From contig CP158635.1 of the NCBI GenBank assembly GCA_050273025.1, forward strand, positions 13,082,001 to 13,146,000: a stretch of DNA of 64,000 nt, written 5' to 3'. The notes below the pieces were generated by a model that was given only the letters and a program-made list of their open reading frames with translations, was not told the DNA's origin and ran no database searches. Shown here piece after piece: positions 38,564-50,615 of this stretch. Origin of the DNA: Cenococcum geophilum (Eukaryota). Each line of letters opens with the position of its first letter. The first letter of the stretch is position 1. The position numbers and the translations under genes were made by a program.

Positions 38564-39413
38564 ATAATAATTCTTCTTTAATTAATGTCTGATACGGATG
38601 CTATCTAGCCCCACGCAGACTACTCCGTACACAAGGGAAAAGTAATATTGACGGGAAAAAACCCTTGCTGCTGGGGGGGAGGAAAAGCCCTATAAGCCAC
38701 CTCAGTAGGATGAAAAACCCCGATTTGCCATGTCTGTCCGTAGCGGCGGCCCTACGGGTCTACGGCTACGTCCTGTCCTCCTTGGATGTTCGAACTCCTT
38801 GGGAACCACTGCTTCCTTCTCTAGCTTACCCTAGCTAGGGTTCACTACGTCCCAGCTAGGCCTTGCCAATTGATTGCCGTACTGCTGTTTCCCATATCTT
38901 GGCCATCCCCTGTATGCTATTTCTTGTCTGACCATTGCCATATACGCCATGCCTTCCCCCCCCTAGGGCCTATTAAAGGCGTAAGGGGGATTCATCCGTT
39001 CTAACCACCGTAATACTGATAAGCGAGCGGGATATTGTGTATTTGGGTATCTTTTATGCCTAGGCCCCAGCTAGGCCCTTTTTAAGGGTCACCACTCCAT
39101 CGAAAGAAGACAGGGAAAACCGTGGGTCGCAATCTAGGCTGCTAGGTAGTTAGGTAGTTATATATTAGCTAGTAATACAGTAGAGTTTAATATGCCTACT
39201 TATTTAGGCCTCTACCCCAGTTTTCTAGTACTTTGGTCCCAAACTATAAGCAGTTGGCTGCCACCACCAATTGCGGGGAATTTCACCAGTTCTTTTGGAT
39301 ATCTTATAACGGTATTACCTAAGTACCAGTCTACCCCCCAGTAGTCTGTATAAGAGTTTCCTCCTAAAGTTGGTACGCTTTCGCACGGCTTAGGAGCCTT
39401 CCATAGCCTCTAG
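38564..39413 (-). mobile_element. 850-bp LINE-tailed insertion (SINE-like or chimeric retroposon)
   Basis: 15-bp TSD AGGGGTCTAGTATTA (38549-38563 and 39414-39428). (ATT)n tail. Its 3' end resembles the LINE 3' end at 24844-25060. Confidence 0.82.
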
Positions 39414-39539
39414 AGGGGTCTAGTATTACTACTACCTTTAAAAACCTAATCTCCCCAGAAATCCTCTAGTAGGATTAGTAAGGAAAAAGGGAATAAGGGT
39501 AGTAAAGACTGAAACCCTCTACAAGCTACCAGCTACAAA

Positions 39540-41039
39540 ATGCCAAAAAATACTTAGGCTACTAAGCCTAAAAAAAAGCCTAAAAAGCCTCTTAGAGGCG
39601 AATACACTATAGAGACAAGTGGGCACGAACTCTTGTCTATACCCAACAGGCCCCAAAAACAACCTCCTATAGAAATAGATGATAGACAGTCTATATCTAC
39701 CTTTTCTCCCCCTTCTCCTTCTCCTAGCCTATTTAGGACAGGAGAAAAAAGAGGATATCCTTAGTCTTCTCCTGAAAAAGAAAACCAAAAACCTGCAAAA
39801 AAGACAATAAAACTAACAACTACTATGGCTGATATGCCTTCCTTTTCCCCTTCTCCAGACCAACATCTACGCTTCGCTCTAGATAGCCTAACTAAGGCCT
39901 ATATAGGGCTGGTAGAAGAAGAAGAAGAAGAAGAAGAAGAAAGAGAAGGAATAAAAGAACAAGTTGAAAAGCTGGTGTACTATACACGAAGCATTGTATT
40001 AGGAGAAGATCCCTTTACACAAGAAAAAGAAAAAGAAAAGGCAAACGATGTCCTAAAAGGACTAGTAGAAGAAGTAAGGGCTCTCCGTAAGGACGTAGCC
40101 CTTATTAAGGAAACTTACGCAGAGAGACTGAAGAGGGACTTCCCTTCTTCTTCGTCCCTCCTACCCTCCTCGTTACCACCTTCTACCCCTTCTCCTTCTA
40201 GTACGAGTTCTACTTCTACTAGAAGTAAGAAAAAGCAGCTATAAGAAAGGAAGCTAGTCCTAGTTACAGACAAAAAGGACTAACCTCTAAATATCTTCTC
40301 TATACAAAACAAAGTCAATTAACTATTTGCATTAAAACTGTAAGTAGAAAAGCCAGTACTAGCGTCTATAGCTAGAACTAGAGGAAAATAAAATATCCTC
40401 CTTACTACCACAGAAGAGTATAATGCAGATTTCCTAGTTAAATACAAGGATATTTAGCAAAACTACTTTACCTTCTAAAGAGAACAAAAACTAGAACTAT
40501 AGGTTTAGGTTATAGCCCATGGGGTTTCTACTCAACCTTTTTTAAAAGAGGGGGGCTCTAAGCTTCTAAAAGAAGAAATTGAGACCTTTAATCCTATAGG
40601 GATATAAGGACTACCTAGGTGGATCTTATCTAGGGAAAAAAGATACAATCCAGAAACCAGATTTGGCTCTATAGTTTTTACTATAGAGAGTAAAGAGAAA
40701 AGACAAGAAATCCTTAAACAAAAAGAGATTTTAATTGCAGGAGTAGCTACTAAGGTAGTAAAATACCTAGAAGTCTTTCCTACTACACAGTGTACTAGCT
40801 GCTAAAAATTTGGCCATATAGGAGACAGATGCTCTACTAGAGCTTATAGATATTGTGCGGCTACATATCTATCTAAAGACCACTTCTATTCTACCTGTAC
40901 AATAACGGGCAAGCCTTGTTAACATACTACTCCTCTTTACATCAATTGTAAAGGAAATCACTTTGCTAATAGTAAAGACTATGAGACTCTTAAAGCAGCT
41001 AAGCTAGTAGATACTAGCTTAGAAGATATAGAAGAATAG
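39540..41039 (+). pseudogene. LINE-type ORF1 (499 codons, single frame, RIP stops)
   Basis: ATG 39540 is in frame with the track ORF 39825-40244 and with the TAG at 41037. De-RIP VIAHGV, PRWI, QCTSC(Q)KFGH.GDRC, (C)RYCAATH, (C)INCKGNHFANSKD(C). Confidence 0.88.
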
Positions 41040-41773
41040 AAATAAATAGGGGTCTAGAAGGAGGCAGCTCCTACTAGGCTTTTAGTAAAAAGATATTAGA
41101 GAGCAAAAGGATAGAAACAAATTGTAAAAGGATAGGAATAGGTGTTAGGATTTCTTATAGTTTTTCCTACCGTTTTCTTATTACCGAAGAGTTGTAGTAA
41201 CTTAGTGCTTTACTAAGGAGCTGTAAACCCCTAGGGGTTTATAAACTACTAGGATATAGCTACTAGTACATATTAAGCTGCCCAAGAGGGATTTATATAT
41301 ATAAAACTATAGCGCTATAGCCTAGAGGCTGCATGCGTAGTATTGTACGTAGTATAATACAACGGATTTAAAAAATAAAATAAAAAAAAAGCGTAAGTGA
41401 ATAGTCCGTAGGGCGGATATTACTAAAATCGCGTTATGCTCCTATTTAGTAATAGGATCTCTTAACTTTAGTAACTTAATAATAAAGTCCTATAATATGA
41501 CCTCCTATAGTCTCTCTAGTATTTTAATAGGTTATAGCCCTCCGTATAGCTTATGCTTTATTAGTTTATTTCTTTAGCAATCTAAATACTTCTTTATCAC
41601 TTTTCTAGCATGCCCTAGATTCCGTCAATAATGTATTCTTTTTAAAGTCTTAACACTAAGCCTATTGCTCCGTTGTGTCCTTAAGTTATTCCCTTATAGA
41701 AATCTTCCATAAAATACTCTATTATGCTTTTTAGGATATACTTTACTTCTTAATTTTTATATATATCTATCTA

Positions 41774-42264
41774 CGTTAGGAAAAAATTTACTAGCATTTA
41801 GCGAGCACCTCGCTACACTTCGCCGCACTTCGCCGCATTAAAAACAGACCATAGGCATTAAGCAGCATCTAGATAGCTATATATTATATATTATAGAAAA
41901 AAAAATTATATTTAGATAGCGCATTGGATATAGTATATTATGTAATTTTTTTATATACATTACTTATAAATTATAGAAGTTATTTAACTTTTAATAAAAA
42001 AAAAAAAAGCAAAATTTTAATTTTTTTAATTTTTTAATTTTTTATTAAAAGTTAAATAACTTCTGTAATTTATAAGTAATATATATAAAAAATTACATAA
42101 TATACTATATCTAATGCGCTATCTAAATATAATTTTTTTTTCTATAATATATAATATATAGCTATCTAGATGCTGCTTAATGCCTATGGTCTGTTTTTAA
42201 TGCGGCGAAGTGCGGCGAAGTGTAGCGAGGTGCTCGCTAAATGCTGGTAATTTTTTTCCTAACG
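41774..42264. mobile_element. Foldback MITE (491 bp, ~227-bp near-perfect arms)
   Basis: 41774-~42000 is the reverse complement of ~42038-42264. TA TSD (41772-73 and 42265-66). The empty site matches ~53075-53100. Confidence 0.93.
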
Positions 42265-45200
42265 TATAAGTCTTCTAGCTATACTTTTAGAATTCTTTAT
42301 ACCTAAAAGCTCTTTAGTATTTCGTAAACTCTTTCTAATTTGTTATTCTCTTAAGTTACTACTAGTTTAGGGTAATTATATCTAATTAATCTGTCCTTAT
42401 CTCTGCGTAGTATTACTCCTAATAGTTTCTTATCGTTCTATAGTTTAGCTTTTTTGCTAAGTGCATCTACTCTTGCATTTTTAGTTCCCTTAGTGTACTA
42501 AATCTTAAAATAGTATTCTATAAGCATCTCTACCTATTTAACTTATTTATAATTAAGTTCTTTTGTTATTAGGAACCCCGTTAGGTTCTTATAATCTATT
42601 TTAACTATAAATAGTTTTTCTACACCTTATAAGAATGCTCTCTATTCCTTAAGTACTGCAATTATACTTAATAACTCTTTATTATAGACGTCGTAGTTTA
42701 ACTCTAGTAGTATTATTTTTTAACTATAATATGCTACTAGATGCTATATATTTTTATACTTCTATAGTAAATATACTCCTAATATAAAGTCTAATACGTC
42801 TATTTCTATAACCGTATCTAATCCTAGTTAGTAAATTTTAAGAATTAGCTCTTTGTTACGGACGCTTTAAATACAATACTACAACTACTAGGAAAGGAGT
42901 CGGAAGAAGCTAGTTGGTTAATATAAGTACGGTCTAGGATGGAGCCGATAGAACTATGTGACGAGGAATAGTAATTAGGTCACATAATATAATCTATATA
43001 ATCTATATAATCTATAAGATCTACTATAGAGCGAACAGAGCAGATAGAGCAGATAGAGCAACGACTTTCTTAAGAGTACGGTTATGTATTTAAGGACCCT
43101 TAGCCCCTACCTAGATAGTTCCTTTCCTCGTAGTAATTCTTAGAATATAATTAGAGTTAATCTATTAGGCAACCACTCCACCAGTTATTATTACGTTATT
43201 AACTATTCGCGCACCTATATACCTAGCCTATTAACAGAACCTACCGTAGTTTCTACTACAAGGTTCTATTATACAATTACTACCTAGTTACGGTCTAATA
43301 AGTCAAACAATATGCCACCAAAAGCAGCTACTACAACGCCATTAACGGCGGCAACTACTTTAAGATTAGGTAACGACACTAGTATAGCAGACACTAACTT
43401 ACAATAACCTGTAATAGTAGGGTAGTTATAAGAGATAGTTGACCGGTTAACGGAAAATAATATAATATATAAAAATAGGATTAACGGGATAGGCGTAGTA
43501 AAGATTAAGCTACTATTAATCAAACGATTCTTAGGAGAGAGATTAAAGCTTAAAGGATTCCTAACGTAAATGCACTTTAAGGTTTTATAAGAGGGAGCTA
43601 AGCTGCCCACGTCTATGGATTAAGTAGCGTACGTAGGATTATTCCTAATAGGAAGGGCACTTAAATAGTTCAAACCTTACCTTACGGAAATACAAGTAAA
43701 TAGAATAACGACTATAAACTAAGACGTATGGTTTATGTTCTTAAGCTAAAGCGGATTTGCGGAATAACTTATATAAATATTCGGGGACCTAGAAGTAATA
43801 GTAATAGTAAAAAAAAAGCTTTAAGACCTAACGCAGTAAACCTTAGCAATTAAGTACACAACGTAGTTCTAGACGCTAGCTATATAAGTTAAGTAGAATA
43901 ATAGGGCGCTTATAGCATAGTATAAACAAGAACTTAAAGTAAAAGTCTAAGATATAATTATTCTAATAGAAGATGTGGATACCCTTAGGGAATTAATAGA
44001 TTAAGCAATTATAATTAATAATAGGATCTTCTAAAGGGAATAGACTAAGAGAGGCTAGGATAAAGTTCTATAGTTATATAAGACGCAAAGTACGCAATAA
44101 CTAAAGTTAAATTAGAAACTATAGTATAGCGTAGAGCTAATAGACCTAAGTAGTACTAAAGAAACCTATAAAAGATGGGGAAAATAATTATAGAAACCTA
44201 GAAGTTAAGGACTAAGTAATTAAAGGACTAAGGAGTATAGGCCAAATTAAGGATCTTAGTAGTAGAAGACGTTTAAGCGGACTTTATAGCAAAAGCAATA
44301 GTTTAAAGACGGAGCTTATATAAATTATAGAAAATAGGGTTATTTCGCTAGAGACTATAAAAGTAGTTAGAGTTACTACGTAATAAAGGGAACTAGACTA
44401 ATAGTATATAATATACACGTATAGAGGGATAATAGTATACTATAAGGAACAAAAGAGTATTTAATTTAAAGTTTTGCATTTTATTATAATAACGCATACT
44501 AAGTTTATAAAGACGCTAAGTACGGCGTAAGCTATTAGCCATAAGAGTTAAAGTTAAGAGGACTTAAAGGAACTATAGAGTTAGATAAAGAATAAGATTA
44601 ACTCTATAAGCTAGATTAAGATATTATAGTAATATATAGACAAAGATTAGTAATAATAATAATAGAGTTAGAGTACTTATTAATTAATAGCGATAAGGGA
44701 AAGAAAGGAACTAACTAGGAGTATTTAAACCTTAATAACGCAATTAAAGTAGAAACTAAAACCGCTATAAAGCAAGGTTTAGTAATAGGTATTATAATAC
44801 CGTTGGATATAGCATCTATTACTTTATAAGACGGAAGGAGTAATATCTATAGGTAATTAAGTAAGTAGACGACTACTAGTGCTAGCTTACCACTTAATAA
44901 AGGTAAAAGGCTAAAGGCTTAAGATTCTTAAGACGAGATAAAAAACAACTAAGATTCTTAAGATAAGATAAGGTATGCTTAAGGACCTATAACGGATAAT
45001 AACCAATAGAGTAGAGCAATAGCTTAGTTTAGCAATATATAAATAAGCTTAGAACGAAGTTTCCTAAAGGCATAAGATTCTTAAGACAAGGTAAGTAAGA
45101 TTTAAGACTCTTAAAATAAAATAAGAATACTAGTAAAGCCTAGTTAAACTAAGGTTAGAGCATAGCTTAAGAAAGAAGTAAGCTTAAGATTAAAGAATCT

Positions 45201-48200
45201 AAGGGATTAAGAATTTAGAGTACGAATAAGGACACCCGCAAGTAAGAAGTAAAAGGCTTCGCTATAGATTAGAGAATCTGTAATATAAATAGCAGTTAGG
45301 CTAAGAGATAAATATATAGACCTAAAAGACTTACTAGGGGAATATAGTGTTCAGCCTAAAGATCGAAAAGTTAATACTATAATTAAGAAGTAAGAAAACT
45401 TCGAGGATCTAATTATAAGATGTAAATAATAAGAAACTATAGATAAGTTTAGAGCAAGAATCTTTATATAGCAAGAACAAAAACTAAATATAAAATCTAG
45501 TATACTAGGTTATATATAAGACAGAGTACTAGTATAAAGAATTACTAATAGGCTAAAAGCAGGTACGCTAAGAGCTAAGTGGCTTACCGAACTAGAAAAT
45601 AAAGAGGATTTAGGAATTCTAACTAGGTTTAAGGAACGGTATATAAAGGGCTGTTACAACGCAGTAATAAGAAGATAATTCCTTATGGATAAACTATATA
45701 TACTCTAATAGCTATACTAAAGATAGTATAGACAAAGATATAATAATAAGTAGGAAGATTTCTATATATAGTTAGACGAAAGAGTTATCTAGAACTACCT
45801 AATTACGGAAAAAGCAATGAATTATATTAAGGGAGCCTTAATTATAACATTAAAAGATCTAAAAGAATAATTAGAGGACTAGAGAAGCGAAAGATATATC
45901 TTAATACCCGCGAGCAAAGTTATAACATTTAGATTAATATAATAGAGGTTTAAACTTAAGGATAAGGACAAGTTAAAAGTTAACCTAAAACACCTAGCAC
46001 ACTATATGCTATTATAGATTGTATATATAAATGATATATATAAGATGCATAAAAACCTAAAAGAAAGAAACTAGAAATACCCTATAAGGATATATTAGGC
46101 GCTAGATAAGCAATAGTATAGAAATGCTAAGTATATATATAGCTAGCATCTAGTAGAAGTTTAAGAGTTAGGGGACTTAACACTTTAACTAGGAAGATTC
46201 CTTACGGAAGAATACTTAGACGGATAATAGTAGTAGGAATGCCTAGAGAATATGTATCTATAGTATATTAAGGATAAAAAGCGAATAAAGTATTGGCTAA
46301 AGAATAAGTTAAGTATATAAGGATCTAGCAGCTAATAGTTAGGAAAAGTAAAGGCCTACAGAACTAGAAAAAGCCAGTAGTAGAGCTTTAAACCCTTAAA
46401 GGAATTTAAGGACAACACCTAAATTTATAAGTTAAATAGTAAGATTAACAGTTTAAAGCGCTAATAGATAGTAGAGTAATAAGGAACTATATCTTACTAG
46501 TAGCAGTTAAAAGAATAGGGCTACTATATAGATAGAAAGAGCACCTATATCTACTAGTTATAATTTTAGGAGATCTAGTAGCCTACAGAGGAGGTATTAT
46601 AATCTTGAAATAGGACCTATTTAGATAACTATTAAAGGAAGATAAATTAAGATATCTTTTAATATATTACTATTAGGGAATAATAAGGCAGTATTAGGAA
46701 TGCCTTAGTTACAGAAATATAATCTAAAGATCGATTAGATTATAGGTTAGGTCAATATTAAAAATACTTAACACTATAAGATGTAACTATAAGGGCGCTA
46801 AGAGACTTTGGGGAAGATTTAAAGAAATAATATAAATTCTATCTAAATCTAAGGGTATATAGCTCTCGCTAAGAACAAGACGTTGCGTAAAGAAGAGAAG
46901 GGAATAACAAGAGAATTATATAATTAAATAGTTAGGGGCTTAGTGGTCAATGCGTGCGCATATACGCACGCGGTCTTTAACGGACTTTAGTAGAATTCGA
47001 TTAATCTAGTAGAATTTAGTAGAATTTAGTTAAAGCGTCGGAATTCATCTATTAAGTGTTTTACTAAAATATTCCTACTATAACTAGGCTAGTCCCATTA
47101 TAGTACCCCCCCTTTTAGCCGAAGGTCTAAATAATTTAAATAATTCAATTTTAGTTAAGACTTATAACTTATCGCGTGTTATATTTTCGCGTTAGGTGGT
47201 AGTATAGGGTTTTACTAGTTCTAATCATTAAGTAGGCTAATTAGGATTTTCTATACCTGGTATAGAAAATCGCTATTAGCTCGGTTAAGGCGGTAAGCCG
47301 AACTAATATTTTTATAGTAGGTCTTAGCAAGGCAAATCTAACCAATTAGATAACTTTAACCGCCAGTTAAAGTTCCTTAACATCTTGCGTATCACGTGAT
47401 CGTATTATAAACGTTGTAACGTATTTTAAGTTCTTTTTAATTTTAAGCTTCCTGCTATTATATTTCGTGTATTCGTATTAGGTGGCAGTTATTTACCTTT
47501 ATATTATATCCATCCAGCTAGAGTAGGCCGCAAAGGATAGTCTTTATAGAATTCTTTTACTAGGGAAGGCGCGTCAGTCTTAATCTAGTTATAGGTTTCC
47601 TAAGTTCGTGTTTTATATCCTTCCCACTTAATAAGAAGTTTAAATTGTTTAGATTATATTTTCTATCGCATATTATTAATTAAGTTAATAAAGTAAGAAC
47701 CATTACTATTATTAACAATTATAGGAGGTAGCGGTGGCACTTCGCGAGTTATAGGTTTACTTTTTAAGGGTTACAGTAAGTTTACATAGGATGTTAGATA
47801 TGTTTTTATCTTAGTCGGCAGTTTAAGCTTATAAGCGTATAGGCTTGGTTTCTTCTTGATTTGGTATAGGCCCACAAACTTCCAGTCTAGTTTCTTTAAG
47901 GGTCATTAAGTCTTTAGGTTTTATATATTTAGGTAAACTATATCACCTTCCTTAAAGTCCTACGCGGGAGCTCGTTTTTTGTTTATATGCCATTCCTATA
48001 CCATTTAAGCGTACGCTAATTTACTTTATAATATTTCCGTTAACTGCTTTATTTAATTAGCGAAGTTATACGCGTTAATTAGTTAAATCCTCTTAATTAT
48101 AGGTCCTGTTATATTAATTTCGGGTTATAGTTTAAATCTAAGTCGAGGGTCTTATCTGTAGGTTGCGTAAAACAGCATTACGCCTATTAATTCGTTTCTT

Positions 48201-48980
48201 ATATTATTTATAGTAAACTCAGCTAAAGGTAGCCACTTTTCCCAGTTATCTTATAGGTAGGAGTAGTATATTTATAAGTATTATTCTATAATCGCGTTCG
48301 CAATTTCGGTTTAACCGTCTATCTCTAGATAAAATATAGTTAAGAGTTATGTTTATATACTTAATTGTTTATATAACGTATGTGATGGGGTTATAAAGGT
48401 GACCCTAGTTATAACCGATTTGAAAATCAAAATTTACCAAAATGCTGATTTGGTGGTAAATAATTAGTAAAAGCTATTATAAATTATCGCATCATCCTTC
48501 CTGCGAATCCTTTGGTAAGCAGCTTCTTCTACTGCCTTCTTATCGGTCTCCTAAAGTTGCATAATAAAAGCTGTAGCTGTAGCTGTAGCGGCGGCTGCGG
48601 AGGACTCTTCCGCCCGCTTTTGGAGCGGTTAATTGTTTCCATGCCTTAATATACGCTAGGTAGACTCTAGGATACGTTACGTGGGCCGCAAAATACGCAC
48701 CTGTGCTTGCGCGTACGCTAGTTTAAAACTTCCTAGGCTTTTGCACAAGCTTCGGCGCCTTTATAAAGATTTTTTTTCGCTAGGCCGTTAAAGCTGCTTA
48801 CAGACGATCTTTGCATCTAGAGCACTCGGCCAGCAAGGCATGGCTTTAAGTTCTGTGCAAGGAAGTAACGTAGTTGACCAGGAAGCGAGCCACCCCACGT
48901 AGCGAGCCACACAAGAATATTCCTACCATTTTTTATTTCATAGCAAATTACACCAAAATCGAAAAGCCTCAGTATATTGC

Positions 48981-50200
48981 ATGATGGCAAATCAATCTTT
49001 GCCCTCTCGTAAAGCCGAAACCACCATATAAAATATTATATAAGATCTTTTTTTTAGTGTTGAGCCGTCAATTCGCAAGGCCTCTAGCGCCTATGGAGCA
49101 CCTAGATCTACCGTTAGACATTGTCTTACTAGCCATCTCCTACGACATAAAGCTTACCTAGGTTTATTATATCCGCTATAAGAATAGTAAATTACTAAAT
49201 AGCTCTATAGATATTAATCCTAGGATCCTCCGTTAAGGGCTTATATACTTTTAGAAATAGCTTATTCCCATTTAGGCGAAGGCTATACCTTAGGCAAGTA
49301 TTAGGGGCAAAGATTTGTTCAACGCCACGGTCTTAGTACTATACTAAGTTATTAGCTCGACTGTTAGAGAGCTTAGAATGGCGATCTAGCAGTTATATAT
49401 AATTAGTTTAGGTTCTTCCGTGCTATACGTAAGCGATATTAAATTAAGTATTTAAATTTTATCTATAACTTTAACGAAAAGGGGTTATTACTAGGCCTTA
49501 TATTAGTAGCCTAAGTAATTATATTAGGTAAGATATATAGGGAAAGGTTAAAAAATTAAATAGTTATATAGCTAGGTACTTGTAAGTCAGTATCTATAAT
49601 TAAAACGATTTACGCTAATAGCTCTCTACCGCCTACCTTCTTAATTTAGAAGACGTAATACTACTAGGAAGGATAGTATTAAATTAGTAAGTAAAATAAG
49701 AGCCTTCGCGGATATACGTACACTATATTCCCTAGTAAGTAGATAGATAACTCTTTAGGCCTATATTATATTAAACATTATAATAAATATACGAGACATC
49801 TTATAAAAGATTCTAACGGTAAAATATAGTAATATTGCCTACTTTTAATAGATAATTATTAGAGCTACCCTACCTGGCAATTTATTAAGTATACGCTCGC
49901 GCATAAAATTATCTTAGTAGCTTTACCACCTTATCCGACTTATAAGCTTTAACTACTAGATATAGGTTATTTTAGGCCACTTTCTTACTACTACGGGAAG
50001 TAAGTAGATACCTTCTATCGATATAGCCACTTAGGCGTTAATAAGGAATTTTTTAAAGCTCTACCCAAAGGCATATATATAGGTATTTACCCCTAATACA
50101 ACCTATAGCGCCTAGAAAGCTATAGGCCTTCTATCTTATAATTCTACTACTATCTTAGAGACTCTTACCCATATAAAGGTAAGTCTAATTTTAATTATAC
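48981..50200 (+). pseudogene. Fot1/pogo DDE transposase, RIP-inactivated; 3' end approximate
   Basis: De-RIP HTH, IYNFDEKG, IETICA, LL.D.H.SH and LPPH.THKLQPLDVG.FGPL. Confidence 0.9.
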
Positions 50201-50615
50201 TTATTAGGGTTTAGAACGGCTCTATTTAATATAGCGACGTTAAGTTCTAATAGAGTCATTAGTGTCTTTAGAGTGCGTAAAGTAGTAGGTATATTTAATT
50301 CCTTTATATCTTAGCTTTTAGAAGGCTCTATTATATATTTAGGTATAATCTATAGCCTATAAATAAGTAGATTAAAGGGTCGTTGATCCAGAAAGGGACG
50401 TCGCAGGAATATAGTAGTCGTCCGTGCCATTGGTCGGCGCGTAGGTCTATATCACTACTATAACGTAGTTAAATTAATTTAAGCAATATTAAGATCGAAA
50501 GAGTAATATAAAAGCTTTAATTTAGCCTATTTAAAATATATATAAGCTTGTTGTTAATTTTATTATAAATTGATCAAATATTACCTGTATGTGGCTCGCT
50601 ATATAGGGTGGCTCG

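Larger units (their letters stand above)
38234..41390 (+). mobile_element. ORF1-only non-LTR retroelement with poly(A) tail and chimeric 5' end
   Basis: A-rich tail 41370-41390. ~10-bp TSD AAGCGTAAGC / AAGCGTAAGT (38224-38233 and 41389-41398). Single gag-like ORF; no endonuclease or RT. Confidence 0.85.
37085..41417 (-). mobile_element. pogo/Fot1-like DNA transposon, internally deleted, right TIR split by a retroposon
   Basis: TA TSD (37083-84 and 41418-19). ~70-bp TIR TCCGCCCCACGGACTATTTGCTTACGCTTATAGTCC...AACGGAAC; the right copy is 38181-38233 plus 41399-41417. Transposase ATG at 38126 with HTH and YNF(DE)SGFCIG; the rest of the DDE domain is missing. Confidence 0.88.
24597..42853 (-). 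mobile_element. Gypsy-A-like copy 4 (RNase H/integrase), fragmented host element
   Basis: Pieces 24597-24843, 36739-37084, 41418-41773 and 42265-42853 join colinearly with ~52152-53670 once the nested insertions are removed. Confidence 0.88.

Noticed and set aside
39010..39120. Possible hammerhead ribozyme core (CTGATAAG as RIP-mutated CTGATGAG, later CGAAA)
   Set aside because: I could not build the three helices, and it lies antisense to the 850-bp insert.
38700..39413. Long minus-strand frame lacking TGA in the 850-bp insert
   Set aside because: Two frames are similarly open and RIP removes TGA, so this is not evidence of coding.
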